This document shows positions 59,514-64,000 of a DNA stretch of 64,000 nucleotides, piece by piece. The translations under genes and the position numbers were made by a program. The stretch lies in IMG/VR virus record IMGVR_UViG_3300023172_000011, positions 54,643 to 118,642 of that record; one strand, given 5' to 3'. Under the pieces are notes generated by a model that was not told the DNA's origin, ran no database searches, and worked only from the letters and a program-made list of their open reading frames with translations. The DNA is from a virus. Each line of letters begins with the position of its first letter. Within the stretch, counting starts at the first letter, position 1.

Positions 59514-59933
59514 ATGACTGACCCATCCCTGCCCTATCTCGGATTCGCCAACATTCAGGAATTGGCGGAAGATACTCAAATGCTTCTGTTGGATTCTTTC
59601 GTGGTTCCCAATTCGTGGGTTCCGGAACGATACCGGATTTACAAAGGTTCTGAAGTGAACGATTACTGCCCGGACGGTTCCGAGCATGATGACGATGACC
59701 ATGACGCATGGGCCACCCGTCAGATTCAAGGCCCATCGCTGGCACAGGTACTCCGGAAGTACAACGCGGAAGTAGCGGAATCCGTCGCCGCTTATGACCA
59801 TGCTGTAGAGCGTGATCGTCGCATTGAGTTATATCGTGCTCAGATGGAATCCGGTTCTGAGTCGATTGATTATGAACCTTATGTTGTGGATGCTAAATCC
59901 ACTGGTCGTCCTAACGCATTATTCGGGGAATGA
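59514..59933 (+). CDS. acidic early protein
   Basis: GGAG RBS after promoter 59449. Start placed at MTDPSL. Confidence 0.65.
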   Translation: MTDPSLPYLGFANIQELAEDTQMLLLDSFVVPNSWVPERYRIYKGSEVNDYCPDGSEHDDDDHDAWATRQIQGPSLAQVLRKYNAEVAESVAAYDHAVERDRRIELYRAQMESGSESIDYEPYVVDAKSTGRPNALFGE

Positions 59934-59939
59934 TTAGTT

Positions 59940-60143
59940 ATGTTTTTACGCGATCTCGCTCAGCGTAAGTTTGATAAGATGCCAAATGATATGGCATTAA
60001 GTGACCGCATATATAAATCGGGCTGGTGCTCTGCTGGTGAGTGGATTTGCTGTAGCTGCGGAAGGATGTATGGTAAGAACTTAAAAGGCGAATCGCCGTT
60101 CTTATTGGTCCGTCAGCATTCTAATATGTGCAAACCTAATTAG
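59940..60143 (+). CDS. small Cys-containing protein
   Basis: GGGGA RBS. 'WICCSCG'. Confidence 0.5.
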   Translation: MFLRDLAQRKFDKMPNDMALSDRIYKSGWCSAGEWICCSCGRMYGKNLKGESPFLLVRQHSNMCKPN

Positions 60144-60162
60144 CTTGATAAGGATTTTAAGA

Positions 60163-60348
60163 ATGTATGAAGTTGTTTTCAAAGGTTGTAAGGCTGGTGC
60201 GATTGGCACTCGTTATGAAATTAAGGCGTGGGTTAAGAACAACCCCGAAACTAATGAAATGGATGTACGTCGTGAGTTAGCTAATAAGTATGACCACGTT
60301 TCACAACTTAGATTAGCAAAACCTAAGTATAAGCATTTTATGGTTTAA
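60163..60348 (+). CDS. small early protein
   Basis: AAGGA RBS. MYEVVFKG.KAGAIG... Confidence 0.55.
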   Translation: MYEVVFKGCKAGAIGTRYEIKAWVKNNPETNEMDVRRELANKYDHVSQLRLAKPKYKHFMV

Positions 60349-60440
60349 TTAATTAAGCCGCGACGAGTCGCCCATTCAGGGCGGCTCAAAAATATTGTCA
60401 ATAGCAAAATTCGCAAAACTCGGGAGATTCTCTAAAATAA
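60345..60440 (+). repeat. hairpin-motif intergenic element, copy 2
   Basis: TTAATTAATTAAG, then GAGTCGCCC-ATTCA-GGGCGGCTC (60365-60387), then CGCAAAACTCGGG at +24. Confidence 0.9.
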
Positions 60441-60562
60441 AAGGGGGAATACTTGGGAAAAAGTTTCAGGATTTTATTCACAAGGGTCTTGACTTTTGCC
60501 GATAATATAGTATAATACATTCGTGAGGTTTGAGTTTCTTCTCTTTCTGGAGCTTGGTTGAA

Positions 60563-60793
60563 ATGAGTGTCGCACATTATGCGTTCCCCGGCGGTTATCC
60601 GCTTTTCTATTATATCGAGTCTGATGATGGCAGGTTTCATTCTTGCCCGTCTTGCGTGAATCAAAATCGTATTGGGAAGAATGTTGATTGCTGCAAGGCA
60701 TATATCAACTATGAAGATGACACGCTTTATTGTGAAGTGTGTGAGAAGCAAATCGAATCCGCTTATGGAGAAGATAATAGTGTGGAATCATGA
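60563..60793 (+). CDS. small Zn-finger phage protein
   Basis: 'AFPGGYPLFY...CPSC...NYEDDTLYCEVC...IESAYGE'. GGAG RBS. Confidence 0.7.
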   Translation: MSVAHYAFPGGYPLFYYIESDDGRFHSCPSCVNQNRIGKNVDCCKAYINYEDDTLYCEVCEKQIESAYGEDNSVES

Positions 60794-61016
60794 TGAGTGG
60801 TATTATAAAGGTCATCGCTGCCTGATCGAGCCGGATTATGAGGAAGACTGCGTTAAGGCGTGGCATATAGTTATCACGCCGGACGGTCGCAGGTTATGGG
60901 CCGACATTAGTCCTTATGAATGGGGGCGTCGGGTTGTTAACTTATGGATTGATAAGGGTTGTCCTAAGCGAACCGGCATAGGCCCGCTACATCTTGAAGA
61001 CTTAGAAGCGATGTAG
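60765..61016 (+). CDS. small early protein
   Basis: Overlapping downstream ORF 'DYEEDCVKAWH...DISPY...WID.GCP.R'. Start uncertain. Confidence 0.55.
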   Translation: MEKIIVWNHDEWYYKGHRCLIEPDYEEDCVKAWHIVITPDGRRLWADISPYEWGRRVVNLWIDKGCPKRTGIGPLHLEDLEAM

Positions 61017-61095
61017 TTAATTAAGCGGCGACGAGTCGCCGCCATACGGCGGCTCAAAATTTCTCACTATTCGTAAAACACGTAAGACTCGGGAG
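61017..61095 (+). repeat. hairpin-motif intergenic element, copy 3
   Basis: GAGTCGCCG-CCATA-CGGCGGCTC (61033-61055, compensatory change), then CGTAAGACTCGGG at +25. Confidence 0.88.
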
Positions 61096-61181
61096 GATTT
61101 TTTCAAGAATACCTCTTGACAATGCCGATAATTATTGTATAATAGGAGTATAAGAAAACACAAACAACAGAAGGAAAAGAG

Positions 61182-61322
61182 ATGAAAACTTCAATCACAT
61201 CAGTTTATCAGCGTGGCGTTGGAATCGTTTGGGCTGTTCAAGCTCCCAACCGTGTGATTTTCACAAAAGAGGGAACTCTGGACGCTGCAAAAAAGTTGCA
61301 AAAAGATTTGAAATCCGCTTGA
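61182..61322 (+). CDS. 46-aa peptide
   Basis: AAGGA RBS after promoter 61116. Its TGA stop lies inside the next TTGACA. Confidence 0.55.
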   Translation: MKTSITSVYQRGVGIVWAVQAPNRVIFTKEGTLDAAKKLQKDLKSA

Positions 61323-61352
61323 CATCTGGCCGACAAGCTGTATAATGGGGGT

Positions 61353-61555
61353 ATGAGAAGCAGCGAGGTAAGCACCCAACGAACTGGGACGCTCGCGTAA
61401 GTCATCTCACTGATCTTTGACAATTTGGTAGTTCATTTTTGGAGTCGCCCTGATTCGAGGCGGTGCAGGCGAAAGCCGTAAGACTGACAATATCGGACGC
61501 GAACCGGATAGCCACAAGGTCACTGCCGGTAGCATTAAAATCCACTTTTTTTTTA
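61353..61555 (+). ncRNA. structured leader/ncRNA containing an rrn boxA-like site
   Basis: About 225 nt between promoter 61319 and the next RBS-led ORF (61579). Nested stems TGAGA/TCTCA, GCGAG/CTCGC, CCCA/TGGG. boxA-like TGATCTTTGACAATTT at 61411. GGCGGTG/CACTGCC enclosing GGC-GAAA-GCC. Confidence 0.55.
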
Positions 61556-61578
61556 CACACCTTTAGAAAGGTTGATCC

Positions 61579-61779
61579 ATGAAGATCAAGCAAGTTGTGT
61601 CGATGAAGTATTCCAGCGGTCATACATCGTATTACGGTCTAGATTTTTACGATCCAGACGGAAATGAACTGTCCCTTAAAATGTCAGATGATGAACTGAT
61701 CGAATTCGCTAAGTGTGTCAATGACAAAGTACAGCGTATTCGGGAGGAGCGTGCTGCTGAAGAAGCTGCTCAACTTTAG
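61579..61779 (+). CDS. small early protein
   Basis: AGAAAGG RBS. Confidence 0.6.
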   Translation: MKIKQVVSMKYSSGHTSYYGLDFYDPDGNELSLKMSDDELIEFAKCVNDKVQRIREERAAEEAAQL

Positions 61780-61790
61780 GAGACGGAAGG

Positions 61791-61886
61791 GTGAATACTC
61801 TAATTGTATTATTGATCGTGGCAGTTCCGATTTTTCTTGTGGTCGGATCATTGATGTTCGATCCAGACAATAATGATGGAATGTGA
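61791..61886 (+). CDS. 31-aa membrane peptide
   Basis: AGGAG RBS, GTG start. MNTLIVLLIVAVPIFLVVGSLMFDPDNNDGM. Confidence 0.5.
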   Translation: MNTLIVLLIVAVPIFLVVGSLMFDPDNNDGM

Positions 61887-61921
61887 TATGTGTTTATTCC
61901 CTTGGCTTGAGGATGATGAAG

Positions 61922-62068
61922 ATGAAACCAGTTGTAAAGGTGGGAACGATCCTGCCAATCGGTAAAGTTGTGGAAATCCGGAATAAGTGTGTTATTCTGG
62001 AAACTAATGGTCGGCGAAGTGAAGTTAGCTTCGCAGATGTTGAAATATCTTTGAAAGGAGAAAAGTAG
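61922..62068 (+). CDS. small beta-barrel-like protein
   Basis: GAGG RBS. 'VKVGTILPIGKVVEI...VILETNG'. Confidence 0.5.
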   Translation: MKPVVKVGTILPIGKVVEIRNKCVILETNGRRSEVSFADVEISLKGEK

Positions 62069-62069
62069 A

Positions 62070-62267
62070 ATGATTAAGACTCACAAGCGTGTTGGAAGTC
62101 GCGTCAGTTTCTTGTACCCAGTCCACGGTACTATGAACGTTCTGCGGCGAGTAGCTGGAGAAGTTGTCGATAAGGGCGTCGGCCCCAACGGACCCTATCT
62201 AACTGTGCGAGAACTTAGCGGTCAGATCCGGAGCCTTAGCACTAAAAAGATCGTCAATGTTCGATGA
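62070..62267 (+). CDS. small SH3/WYL-like beta protein
   Basis: AGGAG RBS. 'VSFLY...RRVAGEVV...GPYLTV...IRSL...KI'. Confidence 0.55.
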   Translation: MIKTHKRVGSRVSFLYPVHGTMNVLRRVAGEVVDKGVGPNGPYLTVRELSGQIRSLSTKKIVNVR

Positions 62268-62289
62268 TCTAATTTGAATCTCCTTTCGA

Positions 62290-62326
62290 GCGGGGGTCCG
62301 GCAGAGTGTTCGACCCCCGTTTTGTT
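62290..62326 (+). terminator. intrinsic terminator
   Basis: GCGGGGGTC...GACCCCCGT stem followed by TTTGTT. Confidence 0.7.
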
Positions 62327-62329
62327 AGG

Positions 62330-62425
62330 TTAATTAATTAAGTAGCCGCGACGAGTCGCCCATTCAGGGCGGCTCAAAAATTCTCGCAATTGGGAAAACC
62401 GCAAAACACGGCGATTCTCTAAAAT
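62330..62425 (+). repeat. hairpin-motif intergenic element, copy 4
   Basis: TTAATTAATTAAGTAG, then GAGTCGCCC-ATTCA-GGGCGGCTC (62353-62375), then CGCAAAACACGG at +24. Confidence 0.9.
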
Positions 62426-62512
62426 AGGAAAGGCATTCCCACGAAAATAATCCGGAAAACATAAAGAACACTACTTGACTTTGCCGATATAGATTGTATA
62501 ATGAAAGAACAA

Positions 62513-62644
62513 GGGAACGCTTAATGGCAAGACTCCAGATTGCGACTCTCGGATTCAGATTAACTGCTACACGTTTCGCAGCGTGTGACCTTATGGCGAG
62601 TCTGATTGCTGGAGAGAATGTGAGTTCGATTCTCACCGTTCCCA
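62513..62644 (+). ncRNA. tRNA-like/tmRNA-TLD-like RNA with a 70-nt insert in place of the anticodon loop
   Basis: Perfect acceptor GGGAACG/CGTTCCC plus discriminator A. T-arm GTGAG-TTCGATT-CTCAC. 13-nt D segment. CTCCAG/CTGGAG helix. Own promoter 10 nt upstream. Confidence 0.75.
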
Positions 62645-62747
62645 CTAAAATATTTCCAAAAAAAGTTCAAGTATACCCCTTGACAATGCCGATATAGATT
62701 GTATAATGGGTGAAACAGTTCGAGTTTGTTTTCTTCATGGGAGTTTG

Positions 62748-63530
62748 ATGATGGTTGAGTTTTCCAAGGCTAACGCGAAGCTGGAAAGTCTGTACGATGT
62801 TCCTGAATTGCAGGAATGGTTCGGCAAGACAAGGCGGAAAATTTATTCCTTCGATTTATTGTCGGGATATTCTTGCCCGTTTGCTGAAAAGTGTTTCTCA
62901 AAAGTTAAGGAAACCGCTGGCAAACGTAGTATTCAGGACGGCCCCAAAACGGAATTCCGTTGTTTTTCCGCATCGCAGGAAGCGACGTTTCCAAGTACCT
63001 ATGATAAGCGGAAGCGTAATTTTGACGCCTTGCGTGGTTTGCATCTCAACGATATGATCCACGAACTTAACTCGTCATTGCCTAAGAATGCGGCTATCAT
63101 TCGCATCCATGTAGCAGGCGATTTCTTCTCGCCGGACTATATGTTCGCATGGATCAATGTCGCAATGATGCATCCGGATGTTCTGTTTTATGCCTATACT
63201 AAGTCGCTTTCTTATTGGCTGCGGTATAACAAGTATATCTCTCAACTCGATAACTTTGTTTTAACTGCATCGCGTGGTGGTCGTCAAGACGATATGATCG
63301 ACCAACACAATCTGCGAGAAGCTAAGGTTGTATTCTCAGAGGCAGAGGCAGACGCTCTAGGCTACGAGATCGACCACACTGACGAACACGCAGCAATTCC
63401 AGAGATTCGCGACGAATCGTTCGCACTATTGATTCACGGCGTGCAGCCTAAAGGCAGCGAAGCCGCCGCTGCGATTAAGGAACTTAAAAAACGTAAAGTT
63501 AAGTTTTCCTATAATCGAAAGGCGGTGTGA
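62748..63530 (+). CDS. phage GP88-like protein (Fe-S/radical-SAM-like)
   Basis: 'SFDL.SG.SCPFA..C...CF', 'RIHVAGDFF', 'FYAYTKS', 'LTAS.GG..D', 'FALL.HG.QP'. GGAG RBS. Confidence 0.75.
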   Translation: MMVEFSKANAKLESLYDVPELQEWFGKTRRKIYSFDLLSGYSCPFAEKCFSKVKETAGKRSIQDGPKTEFRCFSASQEATFPSTYDKRKRNFDALRGLHLNDMIHELNSSLPKNAAIIRIHVAGDFFSPDYMFAWINVAMMHPDVLFYAYTKSLSYWLRYNKYISQLDNFVLTASRGGRQDDMIDQHNLREAKVVFSEAEADALGYEIDHTDEHAAIPEIRDESFALLIHGVQPKGSEAAAAIKELKKRKVKFSYNRKAV

Positions 63531-63533
63531 TTT

Positions 63534-63608
63534 ATGTTTGTTATAGTTTATTGGTTTGTTATTATTATCTTTACTGGTATGATCTTTGGCTCTATGACTA
63601 TTGATTAA
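63534..63608 (+). CDS. 24-aa membrane peptide
   Basis: MFVIVYWFVIIIFTGMIFGSMTID, 3 nt after the GP88-like stop. Confidence 0.35.
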   Translation: MFVIVYWFVIIIFTGMIFGSMTID

Positions 63609-63627
63609 ATAATACAAGCCGATCAAT

Positions 63628-63668
63628 AAGTGGGTCCGTTTAATATTAAGCGGGCCTGCTTATTTTAT
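63628..63668 (+). terminator. long hairpin / probable terminator
   Basis: AAGTGGGTCCGTTTAA-TA-TTAAGCGGGCCTGCTT (G:U-rich) followed by ATTTT. Confidence 0.55.
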
Positions 63669-63682
63669 TATATAATATTATA

Positions 63683-63756
63683 AGGGGCCGCAACGTCGCC
63701 GCTGCTCACAGCGGCTCAAAAATTCTATAACTTGGGAAACCGCAAGACTCTGGGAA
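63683..63756 (+). repeat. hairpin-motif intergenic element, copy 5 (divergent)
   Basis: GCCGCTG-CTCA-CAGCGGC-TCAAAA, then CGCAAGACTCTGGG at +23. Confidence 0.8.
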
Positions 63757-63874
63757 GTTTGGTTTTTCTGGAAGAAAAGTTGAAGATTTACGGCTTGACA
63801 AGTCGATACTATATGGTAGAATGGAGATGTAATGAGGAACGACACTAAAGCGGGATTTCTTTGGGAGATGATTA

Positions 63875-64000
63875 ATGACTGAGTGGGATAAAGAAGTTGC
63901 CGATTTTATCAGCGAGTTTGGGACTTTTACCGCTGAGAACAAAGAGACTGCACAGACATTTCACATCGAAGAAGATGACAACTTCTATGATGAAGATGAC
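63875..64000 (+). CDS. acidic peptide, truncated by the window end
   Basis: GGGAG RBS after promoter 63795. MTEWDKEVADFISEFG...EEDDNFYDEDD. Confidence 0.6.
   Translation, partial: MTEWDKEVADFISEFGTFTAENKETAQTFHIEEDDNFYDEDD

Larger units (their letters stand above)
57181..63822 (+). promoter_or_regulatory. 13 sigma70-type early promoters, most with GCCGATA or a variant in the spacer
   Basis: -35 starts at 57181, 57468, 57793, 58331, 58623, 59211, 59449, 60489, 61116, 61319, 62475, 62680 and 63795. Mostly TTGAC(A/T/G), with TTTACT and TTGATT variants, then N16-18 and TA(T/G/C)AAT. Confidence 0.88.

Noticed and set aside
61033-61060. Minus-strand GAGCCGCCGTATG resembling the start of group II intron domain V
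   Set aside because: The rest of DV/DVI is absent, and the match is explained by the repeat hairpin.
61440-61535. c-di-AMP (ydaO) or c-di-GMP-I riboswitch call
   Set aside because: Only short fragments match (GGCGAAAGCCGTA, CGAACC.GA.AGC, GGACGC.AA). The required core elements and their order are missing, so it is left unassigned.
62513-62644. Canonical tRNA call (e.g. Arg-GCG from TT-GCG-AC, or Ala-TGC)
   Set aside because: There is no proper D-stem, the candidate anticodon stem is bulged and leaves about 60 nt unexplained, and no clear splice motif is visible.
62494-62697. 67-aa ORF in the track
   Set aside because: It starts inside the promoter -10 region without an RBS and spans the structured RNA.
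59066-63756. Repeat elements as a CRISPR array or integron attC sites
   Set aside because: Copies are 0.7-1.3 kb apart with genes and promoters between them. There are no constant-length spacers, no cas or integrase gene in the window, and no RYYYAAC/GTTRRRY boxes.
1-64000. Stop-codon reassignment, or introns/inteins in core genes
   Set aside because: Code 11 gives dense full-length genes ending in TAA, TAG and TGA. Terminase, portal and capsid sizes look uninterrupted.

Overview
This 64 kb window is part of a large tailed dsDNA phage (Caudoviricetes, genetic code 11). It is probably a siphovirus: a tail tube and a 2172-aa tape measure are present and no sheath is recognisable. It has three blocks. 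(1) 1-7.7 kb, + strand: glycosyltransferase/nucleotidyltransferase-like genes, a Vsr-like endonuclease and a putative ssDNA-annealing protein. (2) 7.7-56.5 kb, - strand, one long morphogenesis region: sigma-like gene, GDP-mannose 4,6-dehydratase, HNH/ERCC4 nucleases, ClpP-like protease, terminase, portal, protease-scaffold, decoration and capsid genes, fibres, a second glycan-modification cluster, neck, tail tube, chaperones, tape measure and tail-tip proteins, including a 2007-aa Cys-rich protein. (3) 57-64 kb, + strand: an early region of tiny ORFs behind 13 sigma70-type promoters, punctuated by five copies of a hairpin/motif element. The most notable signals not explained by the gene calls are: a bipartite ECF-like late promoter (RACWK-N13-YGGNGTAT) at five late-gene entry points; a promoter-driven 132-nt tRNA/tmRNA-like RNA without a normal anticodon arm; an rrn-type boxA in a structured 225-nt leader; Ser-Gly enrichment in virion proteins alongside glyco/sulfo-transferases (possible sulfated-glycan coat); a nuclease-like cargo bracketed by repeats inside the tape measure; and synonymously recoded fibre repeats. 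All product calls come from motif recognition and synteny by eye. No searches were run and the host cannot be determined from this window.
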